From Paraspadella gotoi (taxonomy: Eukaryota > Animalia > Chaetognatha): DNA of 64,000 bases. Made by a program: the position numbers and the translations under genes. Position 1 is the first letter of the stretch, and each line of letters begins with the position of its first letter. Shown one piece after another: positions 1 through 13,176 of this stretch. Location: contig CM119269.1 of NCBI GenBank assembly GCA_051294375.1, forward strand, positions 12,254,896 through 12,318,895, read 5' to 3'. The notes beneath the pieces are model-generated. The model did not search any database, had not been told where the DNA came from, and saw only the letters and a program-made list of their open reading frames with translations.

Positions 1-414
1 TTTGATGAAGGCGAAGCATCCAAATGCAATTATGTGTCAAAGGCGGTCCACTTTTCACCGCGATAAGTTTCATCCTAATTTCAAAGGAAGACTCCTTTTT
101 GACAAAAATCGTTTGTTATTTTTTGATAAATGTCCCCGAAAGAGTAAATCCATTATTAGCAAAGTTGAGGCGTGATCTACGAGCGAACGATGTTAGAAAA
201 AAAAGAATATTTATAAATTTATGCTCTTGAGCAAAGGAAAGAAAGAAAGAAAAGATAGAAAGAAAAGAAAAAGAGAGAAGATTTATTATCTTCATCTGGA
301 GCATTCGACATGTCTCCTCTCTTTCAAAAGTTATATGAGAAACTTAGAGAAGAGACAAACTTCCTCTAAATACGATGATAAACTGAAGAGAGCGAGAGCG
401 AGAGAGAGAGAGAT

Positions 415-470
<56 letters not shown>

Positions 471-1375
471 AATAAGGAGTTGATTTTATAAACGGATAAG
501 TCGTGGCTTCGTGAACCGTCCACCAATCACCAAACGCCACAGGCGAAGATTGGCGCGCTTAAGAGAGAGAGACAGAAAAACTGCGTCACAAAAAGTCTTT
601 TAAATTCAATCGCGTGACGTGGATTTCACATCGTCCAGCCGGTTGAAAAAAAGACGATGTAAGCGATTTAGTTTTAAGAGGATCAATTAAATTTAGCGAA
701 TGATTTATAATTAAATTTAATCCGAAAAAATAATAACCGTCGACCCTGAACCGACGTTCCAATGATGGCCTTTACTTATAGACATTGAAATTGCACATTG
801 CACAATGCAAATTGCACATTGCACAATACAAATTTCATGTGGACGAACAAGTTAATTGAAACAAGAGTAAATTCTCCCTTTCGGGCAAAACGTAACCAAA
901 ACATCACATTTCATTACGTTACGTAATCACGCGGAAAGGAAAGCGTTAGAGCGAGGTGACAGGTGACATCGAAGACGACGACGACGACGAACGACGACGA
1001 CGACGACGACGACGAAGACGAGACGACGACGACGACGCACGCTAAGGGGCGCCGGACCACCGGCGACGCTGATCTCTTTTCTCTCCTTAAACGAAAACTC
1101 ATCGAATCCAAATTGGATTGGAGATTTTTCTTCTTTTTTTTTAATTTTGACGACAGAAGATATCGAAGTTTCGATCTTTTCCTTGGAACAGATTAAGATT
1201 GTTTAATTAGTTTTGAGTTTTATAAAAAAAAGTGTGGGTTTTTTTCGTTTTTTTGTGGGGGAACATTTACGTCAATAAGTCAATGTTTACGTAAGGAAGA
1301 CGCCCGGACCCCAATTCCGAGAAGAAGGTTACATTGTGAACAGTTTCTAAACTGAAACTAGTTTCTTAGACTTAC

Positions 1376-1481
1376 GGGTGTGGTGGCAGTAGCGCATGTG
1401 CATGATGTCACAGCCATGGATGTAATGGAAGAGAGTTTTTTCTATGAGATCTTGAGGTTCGTATCCGTTAGGTGGGCCACT
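1376..1481 (-). CDS. sim: sim coding exon 7 (PAS-B), 1 missing base; further exons lie outside the window
   Basis: ctcacAG acceptor and GTAAGT donor. Corrected reading (R)[35 protein letters not shown](L). The next expected exon (LxKGQVTTKYYR) was not found in 1-1375. Confidence 0.94.
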
Positions 1482-1695
1482 CTGTGAGAGGGAGACAGAG
1501 AGATGGAGATAGAGTGTTAGCTCTCCTCTAACACTAGGGTCTAAAGTTTTCATGTCAACATCGCTTTAAAAAGAGATAATATAAAGGTGTTATTGTATTC
1601 AATTGTGTTAATATCGTTTTTGATATTAATATAAAAAAATAAAGGTTCTTGGAGAGAAAGAGAGAGAGAGAAGAGATAGTTTTGGAGATAGGGGT

Positions 1696-1765
<70 letters not shown>

Positions 1766-1773
1766 CGTCTTAC

Positions 1774-1897
1774 CTGGCGTCCAAGAAGATAAGTTTGAGA
1801 TCTAGTGACGCGCGAAACATAAACATGTTTCCGTACATTTTGATTTCTGTGATGGCAGAGGAGGAAGGGAGTGACCGCCTGCGACGAGGCCGACGTT
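1774..1897 (-). CDS. sim: sim coding exon 6 (start of PAS-B), 1 missing base
   Basis: tctcAG acceptor and AG|GTAAGA donor. Corrected reading [41 protein letters not shown](R), phase 2. Confidence 0.94.
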
Positions 1898-1906
1898 CTG
1901 AGACAA

Positions 1907-1976
1907 AGAAATCGCAAAGAGAAATCACAAGAGAAATCACAAGAGAAATCACAAGAGAAATCACAAGAGAAATCGC
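1907..1976. repeat. 12-bp tandem repeat beside the exon 6 acceptor
   Basis: About 6 copies of gaaatcacaaga. Confidence 0.9.
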
Positions 1977-2164
1977 AGTTAATCACAACTGATGAACAAA
2001 GTTGATCAGAGACTAAAATTAATCAATATCATTTTTTTTAAATCGAGTTTAAAAGCACCTATAATTTAAATACAAATTACAGGTTTATTATAACGATTCA
2101 CTTTAACCAGATATTATTATTATATATATCAAACATACAAACACAAAGTTAGCCGTTGTTAAAC

Positions 2165-2240
2165 CTGATAGCAGCCATCGTACGGCGCATGTCGAGGGTA
2201 TATTTGCTTGATCTTCAAGTAACCGGAGCAATGTATCACC
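2165..2240 (-). CDS. sim: sim coding exon 5, about 3 indel errors
   Basis: cctccAG acceptor and CAG|GTTT donor. Corrected reading [25 protein letters not shown]. Confidence 0.91.
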
Positions 2241-2418
2241 CTGGAGGCAATGATTATTAACAAATTATATCAAAAATATATTGTTAAAAATAGTTTTAAA
2301 TAGTTCCGAAAACGGACATAAAGGGTTTATCATCATCTTAAATATTTAGCGCCGAGGTTTCGCTCGGTAAACTTTGCGAGTCTCTAAGATATTAAGGGAT
2401 TTTAGACAGAGAAATAAA

Positions 2419-2516
<98 letters not shown>

Positions 2517-2886
2517 AAAAAGGGCAAACAAGCGAAATAATTGAAAATTCAGAAATATGATTTTCTTTTTAAATAAAGAAATCAATGTTTTGATCTCATT
2601 GTACATTCTCACCTATCGCCTTTCTTTATAGTTTGAAATCACAAACAACAACAACATTTGAGCCAAAAGTAAATTAATTATCGGGACTCGAACCTCAGAT
2701 AAAAAATAAACTTTGCCCACCAAAGAAGAATGAGAAAAAGAAAAAAGAAAAAAAGAAAAAAGAAAAAAAATTGTGAAAATGAAAATGACTTCTTCGCTTC
2801 TTTCATCTCGACTTACGATTCACACACAAAAACCTTCGATCTTTAGCGTGGATCCAATTGTCTGAATTCCGCACAAGTCCCCCCGG

Positions 2887-2975
<89 letters not shown>

Positions 2976-3091
2976 CCATAGGAATTTTGGTGTTGAGCCA
3001 TATGCAACCAAATGAGAGGCTTTCTAACTTCTTTCGAAGATTGCCGCCCGACGACGACGACGCCGACGACGACGACGACGACGTAACTTAC

Positions 3092-3192
3092 CTTGTATCC
3101 CCCGGCGGTAAGGCCCGCGTTTCCGTTTCGCCAAAACGCATTTTCATTCTGATGAAAAAACTTCGCTCGATTTCGTATTCCGTCAAAACGTG
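3092..3192 (-). CDS. sim: sim coding exon 4, 2 extra A's
   Basis: ttttAG acceptor and AAG|GTAAGT donor. Corrected reading [33 protein letters not shown]. Confidence 0.93.
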
Positions 3193-3267
3193 CTAAAATA
3201 ATTAGGAGATAAGTTTAAAATTAATATTTTTAATATTTAGTATTTAGTATTAAAACTTGATTCTCAC

Positions 3268-3361
3268 CTGTGCTAAGGGTTTGAACTGTCAGCAAAGATG
3301 TCATTTCGTCGTGATCCGCCGGTGAATGTATTCATAAATACTGTTTCCGGTTTAATTCAAC
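3268..3361 (-). CDS. sim: sim coding exon 3 (PAS-A), about 3 indel errors
   Basis: AG acceptor and GTGAGA donor. Corrected reading [31 protein letters not shown] matches the SIM [20 protein letters not shown] motif. Confidence 0.92.
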
Positions 3362-3695
3362 CTTAATTAAAAAAAGAGTAGTATTTAAAAATAATTTAAA
3401 ATACTTGAATAAAACGTTTTAAGATTTTTAGAGCGTAAATTTTAAATTTTTAAAGTTTCAAAAGTAAAATCATCCGAAAATAAATAAATATCTACAGCAC
3501 GATTCAATATCTTATCTGCAGCATCTCTAATTCGAACATCTGCAGGCAAGTCTTGCTCCTGTAGCTATGGTACTCCCAAATCTCTCATCCGCCGCCTTTC
3601 AAAACTACATCTGCAGTTCCCCAGATGCTGTATCTCTAAATACATAAGTTGCAGCACTTCTGAACCTCCACTGAAGCAACATCCACCAAACCCAC

Positions 3696-3877
3696 CTGCG
3701 AGAGTCCTAGATGCACGACGCCGTCTCCGAGATGTACATGATCTTCCCGTCAGGAGCGATGACGAAGATAAACCCGTCCAAAGTCTGAAGTAGATGCGAC
3801 CCCAAGTCTTTGGCCAAAGGGCCTTCCAGGGGATTCTGGCTGGCCGGCCGGGTCGCTCCCCAGTGGTTCGCCCAGGC
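3696..3877 (-). CDS. sim: sim coding exon 2 (start of PAS-A), 2 apparent indel errors
   Basis: tttAG acceptor and CAG|GTGGGT donor. After correcting one extra and one missing base it reads (G)[60 protein letters not shown]. Phase is compatible with exon 1. Confidence 0.93.
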
Positions 3878-4904
3878 CTAAATTTTTAATATTTTAAATT
3901 TAAATACAATAGTATTCCTCTTATCTAATACTAAAAAAGAGTATTTCTCTGTATAGAAATGAAACATTTTTGAAGAATGTTATTCTGTTGATGTTTCATG
4001 GGAAAGTCAGGTACCTGGGAATGAATAACGAGACTGTGAGAAAGTCTTGATTAAATTTAGATTTAAGTGAACAAACAAGGATATTTAGATATGAGATAGT
4101 ATGATTATCGAGTACAAAAAATAGTTTTTTCATACTGTTTGGGGAACAGAATAATTAAATGCAATATATATAGTAAATTTTCAAATAATTTTTTTTTGAT
4201 TTTTATTACAGATTTCAATTCTTCATAAAAGTTAGACCAAAAAAATAAAACACGTGTTATCAAGAATTCCGAGGACTTCAGCGTCAAATACGAAAAAAAA
4301 AATTCCACTTTTTTTCATTCTCTGTAATAGAAACTATTATGTGATTAAACGTTTTACTCATTTTTCGCAGCTTTAACATGAAAATATCATAAAACATAAT
4401 TTACAAAAGTTTCTTAGTTTTTTTCGGGGAAACCAGAACAGTTCTTAAAATTATTTTAAATAAATTTTATGATTTTATAAGAATATTACTATAAAGAAAA
4501 TTAAAATAAATTTTTATTAAATTTTTTTTTAAAAAGGCCCAATTATTTTTCATTTCGTATACAAGGCAACAAAAAACAGTTGTTCAATCACTCCATCCTA
4601 CTGTCCCATTGTCCAAAGTCAAAAGAATTTAATGGATTTAATTTGAAATTGTCCACAAATTTCATAACAAACATGTGTAACTTTAAATTTTAAAAAAATC
4701 TTAAATTCTTTCGTTTTTTCTGGTCTGTGTTAAAAGCTGTTGAAGTTTTTTACCACTCTTTTCACTGTTCTCACTCGTTATTCGCACGTGCTCTCTGTCT
4801 CTCTGTCTCTCTCTCTCTCTCTATCTCTCTCTATCTCTCGCTCTCTCTCACTTCCATAATCTCGAAATTCATGAATGAATTTCCGGTCCTTGTATCCAAC
4901 GCAA

Positions 4905-4972
<68 letters not shown>

Positions 4973-6366
4973 CTCTCTCATCTCTCTCTCCCCTCCTCAC
5001 TGCTGCCCTCTTTCGCTCTTTAACTCATCTTTCTCATTCTCCTCCTCCTCCTCCTCCTCCTTCTCCTCCTCATTCTCCCATCCATTAATGTCCCATCCTC
5101 TGGGTACACAAACCATGAAAGAGCTTCTCCCAATCTGACACAGATCTTCGACTTGCAGGAAAAGGAAGGACAGTCAGCGCGATAGAGAGAAAGAGAGAGA
5201 GAGACATTGTCGCTAAATGGATAGCCAATTGTAAGGCGCATCTAATTTGAGTTCATTGCGCAGCTAAGCAAGGAAGGAAATTGTGTTTGCCCCTATGAAA
5301 GCGTCCATGAGACTTTATTAAGTGATTAAGCCAAAGTGGGCGTGGCAAATCATTTAATCGCGATGAAGTTAATTGTGAAGGGTTGAGTGCTTTAACTCTC
5401 CGAAATCTCTTTAGAGCCTTCCATGTCTCTGAGCCTTGTCTTTCAACCTTCTATGTCTCTGAGCCTTGTCTTTCAACTTTCTTTGTCCCAAGAGACAAAA
5501 CTTTTCTTCAAATTTTGAAAACCTTTTCGTTTCAACGCCTCAAAGTATTTTTCTATTTTTATTATACAGTCGATATGGTTTTTAACAATCTGTCATGATA
5601 ATTTAAATTAATGTTTATAAGGTGACATACTAATTTTTACAAAGGTTTTTTACTGTGTTATTTTGCTACTAACTTACAACTAACTTACGACTATCTTGCA
5701 TATTATTTCAAAACAGAGCGGGGAATTTTATTTATTTTTTTGAGAGTGAAGACAGATGCCTCTCTCACTCATCCGCAGTCTGCATTAGGAGAGAGAGAGA
5801 GAGAGAGNNNNNNNNNNNNNNNNNNNNNNNNNNNNNNNNNNNNNNNNNNNNNNNNNNNNNNNNNNNNNNNNNNNNNNNNNNNNNNNNNNNNNNNNNNNNN
5901 NNNNNNNNNNNNNNNNNNNNNNNNNNNNNNNNNNNNNNNNNNNNNNNNNNNNNNNNNNNNNNNNNNNNNNNNNNNNNNNNNNNNNNNNNNNNNNNNNNNN
6001 NNNNNNNNNNNNNGAGAGAGAGAGACTAACCAGCGTCATCCCTCGGGAAAAAGTTTCTTTGACAGATTAGTAAATGTCTTGTTTATAAAAACCGTTTGTT
6101 GATAATTCATGAAACGGAAATTCAAAAATCTGTAATAACGCGTATGGAACATTTTTATCTCATTTTGTTTTGATAAAATTTGATCTCTCTAACGCCTCAA
6201 CACTCAACATAAATCTTTTGACCACATAACAACCGCCCCAGCTGAAAATTTATGAATAAAATTAACAATAAACAATGTAATATTTTCTTTCAACCTTTCG
6301 TTTCATTTTTCCCGCCCTTTTCGAGCCCCGCGGGAGAACCGGAGGAAATTTAGCTTCGGATGATAC

Positions 6367-6404
<38 letters not shown>

Positions 6405-7444
6405 ACTCACTCTGCTTCTTGTCACCCTTGGCCAAACAGAGCAGACAAGGTACCGATTTGAAAAGGAGATAACAATGTCCTTCCCAAAAATAATGGTTCA
6501 CCCTGTAACAAACAAAAGAAGAAAGCTTGGTGGGCGGGCCCCCGGCGTTTCTCTTAGGATTTTTCTCTCTATTGCAGGAATACGATTATATTATAGACCA
6601 ATTTTCATAATAATGTTTTAGAAACACTATGACATTAATGCAACCATTATAAAAATTATTTATCGGTTTTTTCTGAAAAGCCTTCAAATTTACTTTCCTC
6701 CATGGTGTCTTAAAGATAATATTACAGAAATAATTCTGTCTCGCAAATATTAACGTAGGGTTTTCAGGTCTAGTTTCGAGATATCGGGGTTCAAAATTTG
6801 AGGTCTTGGGTTCCAGGTGCGGGAGTTCACAATTTTTTTTTCCGAGGAAAAGAAACAGAAATTTTTCTGGTTCTAAACTGGGTTCGATTCTCGGAAGAAG
6901 AGAAGTTTGTTTGCAGACGTCTAATTGCGAACGTTTGGGGAAAGAGAGAAGACGAACGGAGAGGAGACGAGAGAGGAGGAGAGAGAGAGAAGAGAATGAA
7001 AACGAAGAGACGAAGAGAGGAGAGAAGAAGAGAGAGCAGACGAGGAGAGTGAGAGTGTCGGAAAGAGAGACATGGGGAGATAGGAAATGGGAAGATAAGA
7101 GAAAGAGGGATATAGGTAAAATGGAGAAGAAAAAGATAGGAGGAAAATGTGAAAATGGAAAAGGAGAATAGAATGAAGATGGAAGGAAAGAAGGAAAGAA
7201 GGAAAGAAGGAAGGAAGGAAAGAAGGAAGGAAGGAAGGAAAGAAGGAAATAGCGGAAGGAAGTGAAAAGACACTAATATAAAAACCTTTATTATACCCTT
7301 TCGCTTCAGTAGACATTCAAAGGAAAGTAAAATAATTTTTAATATAAACTAAAAATTACCTAATATAATCCCCAAAAAAATTATCGGGGGAAGAATAGAA
7401 AAAAAGGCTGTAATTTCTCATCCTGATCAGCGGCTGGAGTTGCT

Positions 7445-7451
7445 CTCTCTC

Positions 7452-7497
<46 letters not shown>

Positions 7498-7861
7498 TCT
7501 CCCCGTCAGAGTTTCGTTCTGTTGGGTCTAAAAAGCCATCAAAGTTGCGTGTGATATCCAAGATAATGATAATTACATGGCGAAGCCTCCACGCTTCGTA
7601 ATTGTTCGATTTAATTATGCATTAAATAGTTCAAAATTAACACTCTCCATTCTTAAATTTGTGCGACACGAGATGAGATCATCTGGTACTGCAACAGGCG
7701 TCGCAATGGTCATTGCTGTCATTTGCGGCTATCTAGCATGAAGCATGAAGCATGAAGCATGAAGCATGAAGCATGAAGCATGAAGCATGAAGATCCTCAA
7801 CTGGTGACTTAATTAACGACGACGACGACAACTACGATAATCGGTTCCTTTTATCCCTCAC

Positions 7862-7900
<39 letters not shown>

Positions 7901-7979
7901 CTCTCTCCTCTGCTCTCTCTCTCTCTCTCTCTCTCTCTCATTCACCGTTTGAACCGCAGGCAGCCAACGGAACCAGTCA

Positions 7980-8056
<77 letters not shown>

Positions 8057-8156
8057 CTCTCTTTTTCCACTACGACCACCCAAGACGCGAATAAAGTCTT
8101 CGTAGTTAAAAATGACAACGATTTTGAATTCCAACGTATATAATGGGTTCATCAGT

Positions 8157-8242
<86 letters not shown>

Positions 8243-9806
8243 CAGGTGGCTTTCCGTTTTCTTTAGATCATCGACGAAAACAAAAATGTTTTTTGTTTTG
8301 ATTTCCCTCGGATTTCGTTCGCCTTTTGTTCGATTTTTGTGTTCGCTTTTTTGTTCTTCTTTGTAAAACCGAAAAAGAAGAACGCGTCTCGTTGGTTTGG
8401 GAAGATTAGTTGTTTTTTTTTCGGCTGCTTGTCTGTATGATTGTCTGATTAACCGATTGCCTATCTGATTGTCTGATTAACTGATTGCCTACCTAATTGC
8501 CTAATTATAATCTGTCTGTTTAAGAGACTCGTTTCCTACTGTAAATATACAATTTTGTATCTTTCTTAAAGGGTTTAACCTTCTGAATCATATCCGAATA
8601 GATTTACAATCTATTCTGGTCACATTTGAAGATTANNNNNNNNNNNNNNNNNNNNNNNNNAGGTTAAACCCTTTAAGAAAGATACAAAATTGTATATTTA
8701 CAGTAGGAAACGAGTCTCTTAAACAGACAGATTATATTAGGCAATTAGGTAGGCAATCAGTTAATCAGACAATCAGATAGGCAATCGGTTAATCAGACAA
8801 NNNNNNNNNNNNNNNNNNNNNNNNNNNNNNNNNNNNNNNNNNNNNNNNNNNNNNNNNNNNNNNNNNNNNNNNNNNNNNNNNNNNNNNNNNNNNNNNNNNN
8901 NNNNNNNNNNNNNNNNNNNNNNNNNNNNNNNNNNNNNNNNNNNNNNNNNNNNNNNNNNNNNNNNNNNNNNNNNNNNNNNNNNNNNNNNNNNNNNNNNNNN
9001 NNNNNNNNNNNNNNNNNNNNNNNNNNNNNNNNNNNNNNNNNNNNNNNNNNNNNNNNNNNNNNNNNNNNNNNNNNNNNNNNNNNNNNNNNNNNNNNNNNNN
9101 NNNNNNNNNNNNNNNNNNNNNNNNNNNNNNNNNNNNNNNNNNNNNNNNNNNNNNNNNNNNNNNNNNNNNNNNNNNNNNNNNNNNNNNNNNNNNNNNNNNN
9201 NNNNNNNNNNNNNNNNNNNNNNNNNNNNNNNNNNNNNNNNNNNNNNNNNNNNNNNNNNNNNNNNNNNNNNNNNNNNNNNNNNNNNNNNNNNNNNNNNNNN
9301 NNNNNNNNNNNNNNNNNNNNNNNNNNNNNNNNNNNNNNNNNNNNNNNNNNNNNNNNNNNNNNNNNNNNNNNNNNNNNNNNNNNNNNNNNNNNNNNNNNNN
9401 NNNNNNNNNNNNNNNNNNNNNNNNNNNNNNNNNNNNNNNNNNNNNNNNNNNNNNNNNNNNAGGGATAAAAGGAACCGATTATCGTAGTTGTCGTCGTCGT
9501 CGTTAATTAAGTCACCAGTTGAGGATCTTCATGCTTCATGCTTCATGCTTCATGCTTTATGCTTCATGCTAGATAGCCGCAAATGACAGCAATGACCATT
9601 GCGACGCCTGTTGCAGTACCAGATGATCTCATCTCGTGTCGCACAAATTTAAGAATGGAGAGTGTTAATTTTGAACTATTTAATGCATAATTAAATCGAA
9701 CAATTACGAAGCGTGGAGGCTTCGCCATGTAATTATCATTATCTTTGGATATCACACGCAACTTTGATGGCTTTTTAGACCCAACAGAACGAATCTGACG
9801 GGGAGA

Positions 9807-9863
<57 letters not shown>
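7445..9863. repeat. ~1.15-kb inverted duplication centred on an N-gap
   Basis: 8661-8800 is the reverse complement of 8441-8581, and 9461-9863 is the reverse complement of ~7445-7857. Confidence 0.9.
7737..7792. repeat. (GCATGAA)n heptamer
   Basis: About 8 direct copies. Confidence 0.9.
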
Positions 9864-10243
9864 GTTGGCCTCGCTAAGACGCTAACTAATGAACCGATTG
9901 ATCTTTTTAGTTTTAATTGAGAGGAAAGCCACCTATAAATCCTCTTCCTCCTCCTCCTCTTCCTTCTCCTCTTCCTCCTTTTCCTCTTTCTCCTTCTCCT
10001 CCTCCTCCTCCTTCTTCTCTTCCTCCTCTTCCTCATCATTTTAATCATCAAGAAAGGAAAGATACAGACAGAGAGAGAGATTGAAAAAGAAACAGAGGGT
10101 GAGACGGAGAGAGAGAGAGACTTCTGAACCGGTAGTCAGTGAAGGGAGACTCGACTTAAAGAAAACAGAAAAAGAGAGACTTCAAAATTGGGTGGGCAAA
10201 AGATAAAAGGAAATCATGTTTCTGTTGCAGGTGTGGGAGAAAT

Positions 10244-10276
<33 letters not shown>

Positions 10277-11214
10277 GGAGATGAGAAGAGAGAGATGAAA
10301 GAGACGAGAGAGAGAGCTGAAAAACCAGCAATTTTCTCAAGAGCTGGTCTCCTATCCCATCTGTCAGGTTATAGAATATAGAGAAGAGAAGAGAAAGAGA
10401 AAGAAAGAGAAGAGAGAAGAGATAGACGAGAGAAGAGCAGAGAGAGAGAGAGATCCAACAAATTCCAGTCTGTTATTTTAATCGGAAATTCGCGGTTGTC
10501 AGTTTTTCAAAAAAGATCTGGGAATCTCGGTTGAGGGTGGGGTTCGAACCCGGGGGATTTGAAGAGTAGGAGGAGGAGGAAGAGGAGGAGGCAAAGAAAG
10601 AAGGGCCGCCCACCCTTGGGAGACCCGCCACCCAACAAGGCCTCCCTCTCTCCTCTCCTTCCTCTTGGGAGAAGCGGGCATCCGAAACCATGGGAACGAA
10701 CTCCGTCGGCGGAGAATCAAAAAAGTCGGAAATTAATTATTTATTAAAAATCATTAATAATATATGAACGAGATTTAGAGAAAAAAATAATATTTAATTG
10801 ATCCCACAGCTAAAACAACAGGAAAATACAACAGTTGCAACGATTCTCTATTTATTAAATTGTTTTAAGATAAGAATGCGAATTTCAGATTTATCACTCT
10901 CTCTGTCTCTCTGTCTCTCTGTCTCTCTCTCTCTCGCGTGTGTCCCCCTTCCCCTACCAAAATTCGGTCAGGCGGAATTCCGTCGTGAAATCTAAGACGA
11001 ATTTTGTGATGATGTAATTTTAGAGTCTGAGACTTTTTGGGTCCCGATCTTGCGTGACCTGACCCCATTGTGACCCGTAGTGACTTGACCCTGCGTGACG
11101 TGAAACCGTGTGATCCCGAGACAGAGAATTTCTTATTTTCTTTTCTGCAATAGGTAAAAACAACAATAAAAACAACAGCAATAATTGAAGGAAGAGAAAT
11201 ATTTTTTCACTGAT

Positions 11215-11255
<41 letters not shown>

Positions 11256-11257
11256 CT

Positions 11258-11297
<40 letters not shown>

Positions 11298-11483
11298 TCT
11301 CTCTGCTCTCTCTCCTCTCTTTTCCCCCATAATACCTTTCTTTTTCCCTCAAGACGGACGGTGCATTTTTTTTCCTTTAATTACGCGTTACTGTTTAAAA
11401 AAAATCAAAATATTTATTCTCTCTCATTCTCTCGTTCTCAGTCACGTCAGGCGTATATCGTCTCTCTTCCATGTTCTCTTCTG

Positions 11484-11523
<40 letters not shown>

Positions 11524-11751
11524 CTCCAATTTTCATTAATGCAAATAAAAGAGAGAGGAGAAGAAAGCACCTTGTTTATTAAAGATTCTTCTCCTGGCGC
11601 CGAGCCATTTCAAACATTCCATACTGATAGACAAGTTTTCCCTTTGACCTTTATGGAAGAAAAGATATTGGCATAGTAAAATTTACATTCAGAAAACTTA
11701 GAGCCTCCGTAATTTTTCTCAATGTTTTCGGAGTCATTTCAACAATGAAGA

Positions 11752-11783
<32 letters not shown>

Positions 11784-13104
11784 AGAGAGAGAGAGACACA
11801 CAGAGGNNNNNNNNNNNNNNNNNNNNNNNNNAAATTTACATAAAAAACAAGAAGAACAACCAAAAAAACAAAGAGCCCCTACGCTTCATTTAGCACAAAA
11901 ATCAACAACAACAAAACAACAAAAGACCAACAACGAAAACTGAAAGACAAATCTCGACACCACGCTCTGATTCTCACTTTATTACCTCTGTGAGTAGAAA
12001 TCGGAAAAAAGTCGAATCACGAATTAGCAGGACATCACAGGCAGAGATTGTGAAAGGACGACCTCCGCGGATTTGACGACGGGCAACGCGACGACGACGA
12101 GAGTGAAGACGACGATGAGCAGAGATGGATGAGGACGACAGTGAATCAACTGACAACGAATACGACCGAAGGGAAGAAAAACGATGACAACGACAATGGC
12201 ATTGGAGGAGAGCAACTCAACATGAATAGATTGATAATGGACAATTAATGACGGCATATGATGATGACCAACTTACTAAGACATAAACGACGACAAAAAT
12301 CTAAGAAAATCAGACGACAATGCATGGAGAACGAAGCACAGACAAACGACGATGATGACAACGACGACGACGACGAGAAAGCGATCGAGCGACGACGGCG
12401 ACATCGCACGACGACGAACGCGGAGCGGACGACGAGCGAAAGCGAAACGACGAAAGAACAGTAAACGGAAAACGCATGAGTTGACAAGATTGAGAATTAA
12501 TGTTCCCGATTTTATCCAACTTCATTTCGACTCCTTAAAATTCATTATCGCGACAACTGACAATTCGACTCTTGGCATTTGATGTGATTGACTCGAAGTG
12601 TTTTAGTCGTATTGCGTAAAGCGTTAGCATCTTTCGTCAGTCGAAGGACTGATTTTTTTTTTTTCAAATCCACCGATAACTTCAAACTCTCTCTCTCTTT
12701 CCCTCTCCAGTCTCTCTCAATATTCGTCTCTGCCTCGGGGTGTCATGTTTCCACCTCAATCCGTGCTTTCTTCATTTCTCCGCCTCTCTCTCTCGTCTCT
12801 CTCCTCTCTCTCTCTCTCTCTTCTCTCGTCTCTCTGCTGATACTCTCTCCTGTTCTGCTACCATCTCTCTCGAAACATCTCCCAGCGATGGTCATGTGTC
12901 TTTTTCGTTTCCGGATGTATTGATGTGTTCTTCCTTGTTTTCTGAATCTTTCTCACATTTAAAAAAATGAAAATTTCCTATTAAATTAAATTAATTGGAG
13001 TTTCTCACCATAGAGTTAGTTTTTAAATACGAAATAAACACCTGAAATTATCTCTCCTTTTTTCTCACGGGATTAAATTTTTCCTGACTCCCTCTCTCTC
13101 CCTA

Positions 13105-13176
<72 letters not shown>

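Noticed and set aside
480-1375. Location of the next sim exon (LxKGQVTTKYYRF...)
   Set aside because: No matching sequence was found, so it is presumably left of the window.
1376-3877. Programmed frameshifting or RNA editing to restore the sim frame
   Set aside because: The indels are scattered in homopolymer runs and the window shows abundant long-read noise, so sequencing error is far simpler.
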